From: Salisapilia sapeloensis CBS 127946
Taxonomy: Eukaryota > Protista > Oomycota
NCBI GenBank assembly: GCA_023334545.1
Contig: JAADVB010000002.1
Coordinates: forward strand, 1-64,000
Length of the DNA: 64,000 nt
Direction of reading: 5' to 3'
The position numbers and the translations under genes are program-made. The notes below the pieces were generated by a model. That model did no database searches. It saw only the letters and a program-made list of their open reading frames with translations, and was not told where the DNA came from. The first letter of the stretch is position 1, and each line of letters begins with the position of its first letter. Shown here piece after piece: positions 1 to 12,125 of the stretch.

Positions 1-470
1 GATTTCGTGGATTCGCATCACCCGACCTGGTCGATCAAGTACCTTGTCGATGCCACGTGTGGACGCTCGTACCGTCGGCACCGTAGAGCGACTCACTTCC
101 TCCATCCTCTTGTCCATACACAACGTCGATCCTACACTTCCATCTCGAGCATTTAAACTACTTAGTTACAGCTTGTGTCATCACAAAAGAAAGATATTAG
201 CAAGCACATCACACGTGTGACGTGACACCGTAGTCAGCTCGGATAGACACTTCCAGGTGCATACGTCAGTCGTGGAAGATACCTTCAGCCAACACTCCTC
301 TGACATACACGCATCCATACACTTTTCCTACCACTTCTATCAAAAGAAATCGAAATGGAGTCGACCACAAGTATCTTCAAGGAGTAAATTCGTATATTAA
401 GTTGCATTTTTGCCTGTACTAGGTACAATCCTACTTTGCTATCTAAACAAAATGAGTCTGCTCGGTCCTC

Positions 471-1379
471 TTACTCGAGTACAATGAACGACTCGTCTAT
501 TGCAGCGGGGCCGGTCGATCGACTGGACGTCGCGTGTTCATGAGCACTGAACGAAGCGCTCATTTCATCCGCTTGTTGATGCCAATTCGATGATATAAAG
601 TACGTTGGCGTCGAACTGGGTGCACTACTTTCGCTCAGTCCAGCGCCATGCTGTAGCTCGAGCATCACATACTCCCCGTTTATTCTTTCCGTCTCGGCTG
701 GGGGACTCTCCACGACTGTCGCCATCGGAATATCTTCTTCCTCTGAAAGTTCCTTACCTGTGCTTTCGCTATCGGAAGTCGAAGCAGGCATGTACGACAC
801 TTCAGCTTGTCGTAAGATGGGTGTGCTAGTCGAGAGATCGATCTCTTTACTATCCTTTGTGTCCTTGCTGAACTCGTACATAGACTGTCGCATGGAGTAG
901 GAAGAAGCTTTCAATGGATCGACCGTCGGTGTCATTTGCACGCTCCCAAAGGACAGTGTCGGAAATACTGGCTGCAAGGCAGCAACAGGTTCTGGAGAGA
1001 CGTTCGGATGAATCTCAGGACGCACGTGGATCTTCCTCTGACCTCGGACGTTGCGTAGAGAGATAATATGCAGCATGACGACGACGTCCTGCTTCCCAAA
1101 CGTCTCTTCCAGCGTCTTGCGTAGAATGTCATTCGAACTAACAGCAATATACCTTCGACTAGCTGGTACATCCGTGTCGTGACTCTCCTGCTTTCGCTGC
1201 ATCACGAGTCCAATCGGTAAATCATCCACTCGATCTCTCGCCAATTGTCTTAGAAACGGTAGACCGACGGCATGGAGGTACCATGCATCCACCGGAACTG
1301 GTTCAACATTCGTTTCTTCGGGAAAAGTAAGCAGACAGGTTGCTTTCACCACATCCTTATGCTCAGGACCACCACCCAT
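471..1379 (-). CDS. Hypothetical protein; PB1-like N-terminus, acidic disordered C-half, C-terminal LIR-like motif
   Basis: 302-aa ORF with ATG at 1379. N-terminal VKAT...YIAVSSNDILRKTLE...VVMLHI loosely fits the PB1 pattern; the protein ends DESFIVLE. Confidence 0.55.
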   Translation of the reverse strand: MGGGPEHKDVVKATCLLTFPEETNVEPVPVDAWYLHAVGLPFLRQLARDRVDDLPIGLVMQRKQESHDTDVPASRRYIAVSSNDILRKTLEETFGKQDVVVMLHIISLRNVRGQRKIHVRPEIHPNVSPEPVAALQPVFPTLSFGSVQMTPTVDPLKASSYSMRQSMYEFSKDTKDSKEIDLSTSTPILRQAEVSYMPASTSDSESTGKELSEEEDIPMATVVESPPAETERINGEYVMLELQHGAGLSESSAPSSTPTYFISSNWHQQADEMSASFSAHEHATSSRSTGPAAIDESFIVLE

Positions 1380-1627
1380 GTTTAATCACTCGATTCCGTC
1401 CTCTTCCGCTGGTCTGAATTTCCGAGTTCAGAACGTTGAGAATTTCGTGTGAGAAGGTCGTGTCGTCTCGCTTTATAACATGTATTGTCGGGTGTATAAG
1501 GTAGGTTTTAATCTGGACCAAGGGATGCGAAGTGGTATACTTTAGTCAAGTTGTTTCGGCTGAGGTCGTAGCGCCCATTCATTTCGCCCAAGCTTTTCAA
1601 CACAAATTCGCATTATCCCTCTCAACC

Positions 1628-2282
1628 ATGGCGGAAGCGGCGACCGAAGTCAAGCTCTTTAACAAGTGGTAGGTGCTAGTATAAATGTTCTTGTATATGA
1701 GAGTAGTGGATAATGATGTTTGGTTAATGCAGGTCTTATGATGACCTCAACGTGAACGCGGACATCTCGCTCGAAGACTACATCGCGATCACGGGCAAGG
1801 CGGCTACGTTCTTGCCGCACACGGCCCAGCGTTACCAGACCAAGCGTTTCCGTAAGGCCCAGTGCCCGATCGTTGAGCGTCTCGTCAACGCGCTTATGCG
1901 CAAGGGCCGCAACAGTGGCAAGAAGGTCAAGGCTGCTCGCATCGTGCGCCACACGCTCGAGATCATCCACCTCCTGACGGACAGGAACCCGCTCCAGGTG
2001 GTTGTCGAGGCCGTGATCAAGTCCGGACCGCGTGAAGACTCCACGCGTGTCGGATCTGCCGGTGTCGTCCGTCGTCAGGCCGTCGACGTCTCGCCGTTCC
2101 GTCGTGTCAACCAGGCTCTGTACCTGATTGCCACGGGTGCTCGTGAGGCCTCTTTCCGTAACGTCAAGACGATTGCCGAGTGCCTTGCCGACGAGCTGAT
2201 CAATGCGTCCAAGGGATCGTCCAACAGCTACGCGATTAAGAAGAAGGACGAGATCGAGCGTGTTGCCAAGGCCAACAGATAA
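1628..2282 (+). CDS. RPS5: 40S ribosomal protein S5 (uS7)
   Basis: ATG at 1628 and GT-AG intron 1669-1732 give [19 protein letters not shown]...; contains [13 protein letters not shown] and [21 protein letters not shown]. Confidence 0.98.
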
Positions 2283-2392
2283 GTTGGTTGGAAGATGCCA
2301 TCCTCTTCCTTGTACGAGTTGAAGAGTAATGGAATAAGAACAGGGTTGGTGCCGCAACTTGTTGAGAGCCAAAGAACCTCTTGTTATTTCGT

Positions 2393-5300
2393 TTAATCGA
2401 GTACACCGTCGACATCGACGTCCGTGCCAGCTCGAAGTTGTTTGATAATGTTTTTCAATTTGTTCACGAGCTCACTTTCAGAGTTCTTGTTCGCATTATT
2501 CGTTATGAGCTTCACGCGAGACGCGTACGATAGTGATGTTTGTGTTTCTTCCTGTTCACGATATGAGAGGAAGCAACTACTAGTTGAGATACGATACGTA
2601 CTTGATTGTAGTCTGCTGGCGAGATGTTGACGAACATGAGCTATTATCGAGGTTACCATTCGTATCGTTCATGGAAATGGATATGCGGTGCCTACTGTCT
2701 TTGCGTTTCCACCAAGCGAGTCTTGCATGAGTTGAGTCAACTAACATCGTGCTGAGACTAAGTTATCCAAGGATATCAGATGAGTGCTTGATGTACCTTG
2801 TTGTTTCGATAAGGAATGAACTTTTCATTCGTAGAGAGTGCCGAGATGACATCGCCAAGTGCTAGTTACCATGCTTACAAGTAAAATTTTAATAGAAGTA
2901 TTCATCGAGCTTATCTTACCACTAAGACTCTTGTTGATTGCTTGTGCTTCTTTCAGTCGATCTGCAGTGGCTCCGGTCTTCCCAGCTCTTTCAGATCCGG
3001 CTAAATCGACAAGACTGAGTTTCCCGACCGTCGTTGTCTTTGTCGTCTTATTATAATTCTCAATGACGATCGAGAAGACAGAATGGCTTCGACTACTCTC
3101 AGCGTTCATTTTCGTAGCACCAACTTGTCGTTTCCGGTTTGCCTGGTCGAATAGAGTTAGTGTTTGCTCTGGACTGGTGCACTGGACACTCTTGGCGTTT
3201 TGTACGACGACCATGCCTTTTTCATTCTTCTTGATGTCCAACTTGAGCGTATCTTTTCCTGGCCCATCAAGTGCATGCACAAGGTCGATCAAAGCATCAT
3301 TGTACAGTTCCAGCATACTCGCTTGGAATTTAATGTTGTGGTTGTTCTTGTTCGCATCTGCGAGCGCAAAGAGCTGATGGATAGCTCGAGGTGTAAGTCC
3401 AGGCATGTTCTCTGTACCGGTCATGGTGAACGTCTTTCCGGAACCTGTTTGGCCGTACGCAAATATGCAAACGTTGTATCCATCGACTGCACTCTGAAGG
3501 AGGTTACTTGTATCATCAAACACTTCTTCTTGGGAGTTACTAGCTGAAAAGACTCGATCGTACGTAAATGTCTTGGGTCCTCGTGCAGTCTGCAAGTCGA
3601 GTGTATATTCATCTTTAAAAGAAACGCAAGACTGGCATCCTCGCTCTAACTCGGAGCTGCTCATCGGTCGACATCGAGCATACACTCGAATTTTTCCTTT
3701 CATATCTTCAATCATATTGTAATACTTCTTACGCAACGCTTGTTCTTCACGGTAACTTGTTTCCACTGCTGTAAATTGAGCTTTTGTGCTTGCCAGCTCC
3801 TCCGTTAGCGTTGCTACTTTAGCCGCTTCTTCGCGCAATCCTGCCATGTCCTTCTCTAACTCTACTAGTTGCATAGATTTTCCGCTCATGTTCTGTAAAT
3901 CTTGTTGACACTTTTGTAGCTCATCTTTCAGTTTTGTTGTCTCTATCTGTGCTGCCTGAAGCTGCTTGTTAAGACCATTGATCTCTCGACTGGATGTTTT
4001 CTCCATCTCATCTAAAGCTTTTCTGTGTTTCTTTTCCAACTCGCCAAGTTTCCGATCCATGACTACACTACTGACTCCACCTCCACCAGAGCTCCCTCCT
4101 GACGAAGCCTGGGTACTTGCCTTGTCCAGTGCTGCTTCGAGCTGCGTAATTTTTACCTTGTCTGCCTTTGACTTTGCTTCTAATGCTTTTAGCTTTTGTT
4201 GATACTCTTGAACAGCTTTAGATTTACCAGCGCTCGTCTCGTCCTTCTGAGCAGTTTTCTTGGGCGAGCTCGATGGCGTTTTGGCTCTCGTAGGTGAATT
4301 AGAAGGCGTCTTGGCCCTTGTAAGTGACCTTGAACCCTGAGATGGAGGTCGGTCCGGTGTCTTACTACTTTCTGATCGATATGTCTGCACCATCGCTGCG
4401 TAGTTCGCTCGAACGGTGTCAAGGTGTTTCCGTAAGACAGTGGAGCCTCGAGCCGCAGGCAATCGACTTGTTTCTGTAATTGCTGCTTGGAGAGCTTTGA
4501 TCTCTGCTGGAGCTTCAGGAGATGGACGAAGTTTCTGAAGCAGTATGACGCACTGCTTACAACACTTTGTGTACGTTTGGAAACACTTGGCCTTGTTTCC
4601 TTGATTAAAAAACTGTTTGCCTGATAAGATAGCTTCATCGATGCATCCAACAATTTGCATGGCAGCATCATGGCCTTGAGTATCGACATTTGGCATGTCT
4701 GGTGTAGATGGCTTTGGTGTCTCCGACGAGCTATCGTTAGCTATTTCGACCGTCTCCTCAACGCTCTCTTCTAGAGCTAACGTCGGCGTGATGGGCATCA
4801 TATCAGGAAGGCTTTCTTTGCTGTGAGTGTTATCAGTTAACGACAGTTGGTGAGTCGATTGCTGTACTTCCTTTAGCTGATCCTTCGTTCGCTCGATCTC
4901 AACGTCTAGCCGTGCTTTCTCTGCCCGCCGTTCATCAAGCTCTTTCGCTATCACTATCACTTGCTCTTTTAACTTATTGTAATGCGCTTCCATTGCGATT
5001 GCCTGGTCGTGTGCAAATTCTTCGCGCATGACAAAAGTTAAAGGACTAGCTTCGAATGCTTCTTTCATCCCGAGAGTGTTTAAAATCGGTTCATCAAGCT
5101 GGGACATCATTTCGTTTGACTGATTCTCTTTGAAACTTTTTGAGTCGTTCAGATCAACAGTGTTCTTAAGTTCGATCGCTTCAAAACTGTTTGGCAAGTC
5201 CACATCATTAATCGCATCGGACCTAGCCACTTTGGAAGTTATTGGCGTGTTCACATCAATTGTGTCTTTAGCCTTATTCTCTCCGGAAGTCGTAAGCACA

Positions 5301-6994
5301 TTTACATCGACTATAGCTTTCGACTCGGTCTCTTCGATAGGTTTGGACACGTCTACATCAGCTGTAAGCTTTGATTCTGCTATAGCGTTCGGACTCCCTG
5401 GCTCAGAGCTGACAGCACTTGCAGCAGATATATCTTTTAGGACAGCATCTACATCAAATTCGGATCGCGTAGAGACGTCTCGACCTAAAGAGGACACCGC
5501 ACTGACTGGACGTGAAGAGATGCTTCCTGTTGACCTTTGAGTTAAAAAGCTACGAGAAGAAGGCAGTGCTACTGAACCCAATGCGTGCCATTGGTTTAGT
5601 CGATCCAGCTGTAAGACTTTGCTACGATGGTTTATCTTTAGCTCTCGCAGCTCTCGCTTTGCAGCCATTAATGCTTCTTCATTTTCTTTAAATGTTACGT
5701 ATAAACCTCTAGCCTGCGCCTTCTCCTCATTACTTGGTTCTCGTCCATTTGTCTCCACAAATTCATCAAGCCATTGCTTTACTGCAGTCTTTGACAACTT
5801 TCGTACACTCTGTAGCTGCTCAACTTTAGATTTCTGTGACTTAATCTCCTGCTTTGAGCGATAGACTTCGGCATTTCCCTCTCGGAAACGTTCAAGATGC
5901 ACTTCGTATTGAAGTTGTTGATCCGGGATGTCCAAGACAGTGGAAGGTAAGGCTTCAGGATATGTTACCACCGACAGAGACTTCGTTGACAAACCAAATG
6001 GAACTTCAACTGCACCTCTTGCAACACTACTAACTACGAATTCTAGTGCTTCACTTACAGCAGCACGTTCTACTTCGTTATATGCCGAGGTTGCTACTGC
6101 CAGTTGTTCTTGTAGAAATTGTTCTCGCTGTGCGGCTGCCTCCACCGCACTTTGCAGTGTTTGAATCTGACTGCTAAGTTTGCTTGCAGTAACTCGCATA
6201 TCTCTACTTACACATTGGTCCAAGGCACAATTAATGATGATATCCAGGCAAGACTGTGCAACGTTCTCAGCTACCATAGCTTTCTGTGCATCTAAAACGA
6301 GTTTTACACTTTCTTTTTCACGCTGAATAGCTTCCTTTTGAATATGTTGAAACCGAGTCACTTCTCGCAACGAACTTGCCTGGATATCTTCCCATGACAT
6401 GTCGGCTTGCTCTCTTAATTGCAGTTGCAAGGTTTCACATTCCATTCTCTTCATTTTAGTTACCACTTCTACTTCTTGCTCAATTTGATCGCGCCATGCA
6501 CATAGTTTTTCCTCGTGATACAACAGATACTGCTCCATCCTTTCACGAGCTCGTTCTTCTACATGAGAGAACGCTCGCAAAGCTCTCTGAGTTTCGTCTT
6601 CCAGCTTCATTTTCTCTTTCTCGATTTCCATTTGTTTCGATTCACTCGTAGCTTGAAAGCTCTTAGCTTTTTGGTGCTCCGTTTCCAGTTTGCTTCGGCA
6701 TCGCTTTTTTAAATCTTGTATGTATGACTCGTACTGCTCTCGTGTTCGTTGCTCTGCCTCTTTGCATTGGTCCATGACAATCGCAATTTGCCTCGTATGA
6801 TCTCTCTTTAGTGCTTTCATGTCGAAGACGACATTTTCAATGTGCTTTCGTGCTAGTTTAACTGGAATATATGACTCTTCCTGCACAGTAGTAAGCGGTG
6901 GAGGAGGCTGTTGCGAGGCTAAGAACTGCCGTCGTTGGTCTGGACTTAGTGCTTCCAAGGGAGCAACCTCGATTTGCGAAGACTGTCGCATCAT
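2393..6994 (-). CDS. Kinesin-14-type C-terminal motor kinesin with long coiled-coil N-terminus and KCBP-like C-terminal helix
   Basis: KIRVYARCRP, AYGQTGSGKT, NAESSRSH, LVDLAGSER. Four short introns between 2550 and 2919 restore ALGDVISAL...[48 protein letters not shown]. Confidence 0.95.
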
Positions 6995-7168
6995 TCGCTG
7001 TCTCTAGCCGTAAGCACTCGTCGAGCTACTACAGTATACCAGTTATAAACTCAATGCATGCAGAAACAAACTTTTGTAAGCCTTGAATCTATTTTTGAGT
7101 CTTTAATCTCGACGTCTATGATTCTATTCGTCGGTGATATGAGTATCTACATCCTGCTAATTGACTTC

Positions 7169-8674
7169 TTAAGCTGCACCCGTCTTCTTTCGTTTCAAAA
7201 AGAGAAGTGGAGTCGTTAAGGAGCTAGCAAGTGCGATGATGCCGATAATGAGCAATCCGTTTTGTCTTGATCCAGTGCCACGGAAGATGATACCATAGAT
7301 GACACCTCCTACGTTTCCACCGGCGCCAACAATACCAGTCACAGGGCCCGTTAAGTGCTCACTTACGTACGGTACCATGCCAAAAGCTGATCCACCGGCA
7401 GCTTGAGCGAAGACAGCCACCAAAACGTAAAGCACGGCACATACGGCCAGTCCATTGTTACGACTGAGGATAATGAGCACGACTCCAAGGATGATGAGAA
7501 GCACGAATTGAACGGCAAGTCGACCTTTCATCCCAAAGCGGGCATTGGCCTTGTCGGAAGCTAAGCCGCCTAACGCTCGCGCAACAAGGTTCATGAGACC
7601 GAAGATAGATGCGAGTGATGCTGCCTGTGTCTTACTCAACATAGCACACTCGTCCTCATCTCCAGTACATCCGTCTTTGGGAAACTCTTCATAAAAGTAG
7701 AGTGCGCCCATGTTATTCAGCTGCAGCTCTGCACCGAACGTCACTGCATAATGGATAGTCAAGATGATCGTGTTAGGATCCGTGAGGACCATGGCAAAGG
7801 ACCGGAATATGCCAAACTCTGGATGGTCAGCATCCTTCTTTGCCTGAATGAGGTTCTCAAACGGACCCATGGGACAGCTATCGACGTGGAACCAGATTAC
7901 AATACCCATGATGACCATGACAATAGCAGGCACTGCGATGGTAAGTCGCCAAGCAATGTCTTGAGACATACCTAGCTCAAAGAGTTCCTCCAAGTAGGGC
8001 AAGATGAGGAAAGCGAAACCGATTCCTGCTAGTCCGATGCCACCAGTAATGGCATTGCTCGTGCCAGCAACGTTTCGTGCGAACATGATGGTGGTCCAGT
8101 ACTGGCAGGAGACGAAGATGCAGCCGACGAATCCAATAACGAAACGAGCGATGAGCAGTCCGATGGACGAGCTGACAAAGGCAGCTCCAGCGATCGGAAT
8201 GGCTCCGATCCAAAGCAAGAAGCTTTGAATATGTTTCGGACCATATCGGTCCAACAAGGGTCCAGCTATGATACGTGTGATGATCGTACTGGCAGTGGCG
8301 GCAATGTCTGAGTTCAAGACTTGACCGTCAGTGAGGTTGAGTTGTTCCTTGATGATGGGCATTAGAGGCGGGATGGCGTACCAGCCAATGAACCCAGGTA
8401 GTCCGGAGAGGTAACTCAGGTGGAATGCACGCATGTGCGGTCGTTGGAAACTCCATGGTTTCAGAGCCGTGGCACGGTCGAACTGCCTTTCATCGACGGG
8501 GAGGTCGTAGGCGGAGATGACCTCAGGCTGTTCGACTGTAAACCGGCTTGAGGACGTACTACTCTCGTGGACCCGAAGGTAGCTTTCTCGAGGTGTCTCG
8601 GGCATGGGTGTTTGTGGAGATTGGGCCATATAGGCGTTGGCGTTATGACTTTGATTGTCATGCGTGAAGCTCAT
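7169..8674 (-). CDS. NRT2: NRT2/NNP-family MFS nitrate/nitrite transporter
   Basis: 501 aa; PHMRAFHLS, RIIAGPLLDRYGP, MNLVARALGG and FGMVPY...GIVGAGGNVGG; about 12 hydrophobic segments. Confidence 0.9.
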   Translation of the reverse strand: MSFTHDNQSHNANAYMAQSPQTPMPETPRESYLRVHESSTSSSRFTVEQPEVISAYDLPVDERQFDRATALKPWSFQRPHMRAFHLSYLSGLPGFIGWYAIPPLMPIIKEQLNLTDGQVLNSDIAATASTIITRIIAGPLLDRYGPKHIQSFLLWIGAIPIAGAAFVSSSIGLLIARFVIGFVGCIFVSCQYWTTIMFARNVAGTSNAITGGIGLAGIGFAFLILPYLEELFELGMSQDIAWRLTIAVPAIVMVIMGIVIWFHVDSCPMGPFENLIQAKKDADHPEFGIFRSFAMVLTDPNTIILTIHYAVTFGAELQLNNMGALYFYEEFPKDGCTGDEDECAMLSKTQAASLASIFGLMNLVARALGGLASDKANARFGMKGRLAVQFVLLIILGVVLIILSRNNGLAVCAVLYVLVAVFAQAAGGSAFGMVPYVSEHLTGPVTGIVGAGGNVGGVIYGIIFRGTGSRQNGLLIIGIIALASSLTTPLLFLKRKKTGAA

Positions 8675-9173
8675 TGTAACATCGTATGAGCACGAGGGCA
8701 GGAAGTGTATGCAAGTGGTGGGTAGTTATCAAAAACTGAAGTGATCATTGCGCACGTCGACGTACCGGGCGACAAAATCATGCGAGTCGTGACAAATACC
8801 TGGTCTTCAGCTCGATTGGCTCCAGTAGCTGATCGCGAAAACTAACACTGTTAATTGCGCTTCAGATGAAACGACATGTCTTGACCTCGTCTCACGGTCT
8901 CGTGAACCTTCCAACGGATCAGGTACGGAGCCTACTGTATGGCTACAGACCCGTCTACTATCCGCGACGTGTCGAGTGACGCATCGAAATTTTTTCTACC
9001 CATCCAAAGGATAAAAAGAGCTGAAATAGCCACCTCGTAATTTTTCATATACACGTTAAATCATCCAATGAGGTAGCCTCACGGACTTTTAGTAAACACG
9101 AGCGGCGCAACGACTTCTGTCGAGCTCATTCCTCGCTCTACCTCGTCCTTGTTGTACGTTTCGATCCGACAAG

Positions 9174-10353
9174 ATGTCTCCACCAATGCAAAAAGCCCCC
9201 GTGTCTCTCGATGCGGTCATTAAAGTCGCATTTTGTCTCGACGGACGAGACAAGATCACCAAAGTACGTCGCGTCGGCTTGTACATGCAAAGCGTCGATC
9301 TAATGTGTCGCTCTAGTTTTTACAATATGGAGGAAGAGCTGCGGCTTGGTACTTGCTTTCAATCGACCCGAAGAGTGAGCTCGGTCAGCGGTATGTATAG
9401 CTCTTGCATATGGTGTGAATGGATCGTTTGATGACGAACTGGCTGTAGGATGACTGCATTGTATCGATCGATGCAGCAAGGTCGCAAAGCCTTCCGTGTC
9501 GGCAAAAGTCTCACTTCATACAAGAAACTGATTGCTCTCCCGAGTGACAAGGTCCCTAGCGATAGATAGATATCTCTTTATCCATTATTTCTTACGTTGA
9601 TCATAGACCAAGGAGCAATGGAAAAAGTACCTCTTGTTCATCCAACATGCCGGCATGGTATCATCCACATCTTGTATCTATCTACTACACAATACTCATA
9701 TATTATGCATGATAGGTTGGCTACTATATGTACGATAACATGGGCTTCCTCGGCAAGAATAAGATCGTTTCCTTCGACACGGAAACTGCTGCTGGACGCG
9801 GCGGTGCCCTCGGTTTCTTCGCCGTCCTCGCCAGTCTCGCTCTATCTACGGATGACATTCGCGCCGTATGATCTTGTTTGTATGTTTACTCGACACGAAA
9901 GACTAATAGGTCCAAGTAGAATCTCGAGAAAGAGCGATGTGTTCGTGACGTCCTCGCTTCGGAACAAGTATCCTCTCTCTTATATACACCTAGTAGGCAT
10001 CTCCTGACATTCCTTAGGATGAGAGTCGTATCCAGAGTCTACGAGAGCAACTGGACAACCTACGCGACGACCGTTTCAACAAGGCTCTTAACTACATCAA
10101 GGTACTCTTCCTCCTCTACCTTATCTATTGTCCGTGCTCATTCTATATGTAGACGTTCTGTGACCTGGTCGTGGCATCCAACTCACCCCTGATCCGACTA
10201 TCCGAGCGTCTGACTGGCTCCAAGCTCAACGACGGTGTCATGGGTTCCGTCGGCTGTCTCTCTGCTGCCATCATGCTGTACAACACGTGGCCGAGTGTTC
10301 CCGTTCCACAGCTCCCAGCTCCGTCGGACGAAACGTCCAAGTCGAAAGAGTAA
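9174..10353 (+). CDS. PEX11: Peroxisomal biogenesis factor 11 (multi-exon)
   Basis: Spliced reading gives LDGRDKITK-FLQYGGR...GRKAFRVGKS...GYYMYDNMGFL...IKTFCDLVVA...LNDGVMGSVGCLSAAIMLYNTWP; about 6 GT-AG introns. Confidence 0.85.
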
Positions 10354-10411
10354 ATGTGAATGACCATGGCATTTGTTTCTTTCCACGTATATTGGTAAAA
10401 AGAGAGAGAGT

Positions 10412-12043
10412 TTAGGACCGAAGGTTGTATACGTTGGTCGTCCATCCATCTTGTTTCGGAAGTAGCTCTAAGACCGAATGGAAAGGGATTTCCAACTGTG
10501 GTGAACGTTCAATGGGTTCACCACGAAAGTACGCGTAGAGGACTTGGAGAGTCGAGATGTGAGAGATGATCATGACTGGACCAGTGTGTTGCTCCACGTC
10601 AATGAGAATCGGCTCGAGACGTGTCATCAGATCAAAGTAGGACTCTCCGCCTGGGAAACGCGTTTGCCACGGATCTTTCTTATACGCATCAAAGACATCC
10701 TGTTGTACATGTGAGAGGAGGAACGAGAGCGAGGTAGGTAGGTATACGTACAGGCATTTGCTCTTCCATTTGGGACATGGAGATCCCGTAGCACTCTCCT
10801 TTATCCAGCGGATTCAACGTCGCCATTTGCTCTACAAGACAATTGAGAAGAGAGATAAGACGATAGTAGATGGAAATGTACTTTGGCAGTCAAAAGGTAG
10901 ATATTGTGCTGTCTCGACGGCTCGAGGGAGAGTTGAAGTGAGGATGAGGAGTGGCGTGATAACATCTTCATCGACTAGACTCATGTGTTCCGTGTGCTCT
11001 TGCTTTCGCTCTTGGACAAAGTTGGACAAGTCTTTCGCGAACGTAATGCCGAGGGAACTTAGATGTGCTGATCTAGACGCAATGCACGGGTCCTTGACGA
11101 TCGACGTAAAGTCCTTTCGGACTTCCGTACAGTGTCCAGCACGTACGAGCCAGATAGGTCGAGGCTCAATGTGAAAGCTCATCATGTACGGCAATATGCT
11201 CTTCGCGACGTGTCCGTATCTAGTAGATGATCAATAGAGAAAGAGAGAGAGGATAAGATAAGAGACGTACATGCCCTTGGCGTGGACTTTGGACTGTAGA
11301 TCGAAGAGTTTGATGTAGCTAATGTCTTCATCGTCATCTAGCCCTTCGTACGCAGCTTCATAGTTCTGCATACGTCGTCGCAAGTCGGCCATGGCGTCTT
11401 GGACGTCCATGTGCTGGTAATCTGGGCTGCTTGTGACTTTTTGTAAGATATTCGTATTGATCACAGCTTCATTCGTGCATATACTTTCGACGAAAACGAT
11501 ATTGACAGTGACATGATGGACTTTAGCAAAGGAATGGAAGGATTCTAATAGCCACTGGCGTCGTGCTCGCGTACTGTTGGTCGCATCGAAGATCGCGACG
11601 TCTCCTCCTCGAGGAGCGTTGCTATCACCTTTAATAAACCACTCTTGCAGTCGATCAAACGCAGCATGAGCAAGTTGTTCTCGTTCTTCCTTGGCTTTCG
11701 TGTTCTTCGGATCAAAGAACGAATGATCTTGATGGCCACCACCAGCCATGGCACGACGTAATTGACCAACATTAAAGACCTCACACTTGAGGCCTTTCCA
11801 ATTGACGAATTTACAAAGTTTTTTCGCGATAAAAGACTTGCCTCGAGCAGGTAGTCCGACCATGACTAGTACGAGTTTGTCTGCTGTCGGTGTGAACAAC
11901 TTGCGTTCCGATGACGTACGTTTGTCACGAGATAGACGGGGCTTTAAGGCTGACGCAGAGCCATTGGAAGTCGTGCTACCGTTGCTCGATAAGCTACTAG
12001 CACTTCCATGCGCTTGCATGCCGTTCGTACCGTTCGAAGCCAT
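10412..12043 (-). CDS. PFKFB: 6-phosphofructo-2-kinase/fructose-2,6-bisphosphatase family protein
   Basis: VMVGLPARGKS, VFNVGQLRR, AIFDATNSTRARR, PRPIWLVRAG, RLEPILIDVE, ISHISTLQVLYAYF; spread over 3 or more exons. Confidence 0.93.
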
Positions 12044-12125
12044 GGAATGCTCCAAAGTGATGTCGACCAAGCAGAAGGTATCGTCTCAGAAATCGGACGC
12101 CTATACTCAAATCGACTTGGGCAAA

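Noticed and set aside
1-470. Possible 3' fragment of a gene entering from the left edge
   Set aside because: Intron-like signals exist, but no frame gave a recognisable protein.
1659-2372. 237-aa minus-strand ORF
   Set aside because: Antisense shadow of the codon-biased RPS5.
11787-12125. 5' extension of the + strand 196-aa ORF
   Set aside because: Overlaps the PFK2 coding region antisense; the plausible ATG is at 12126.
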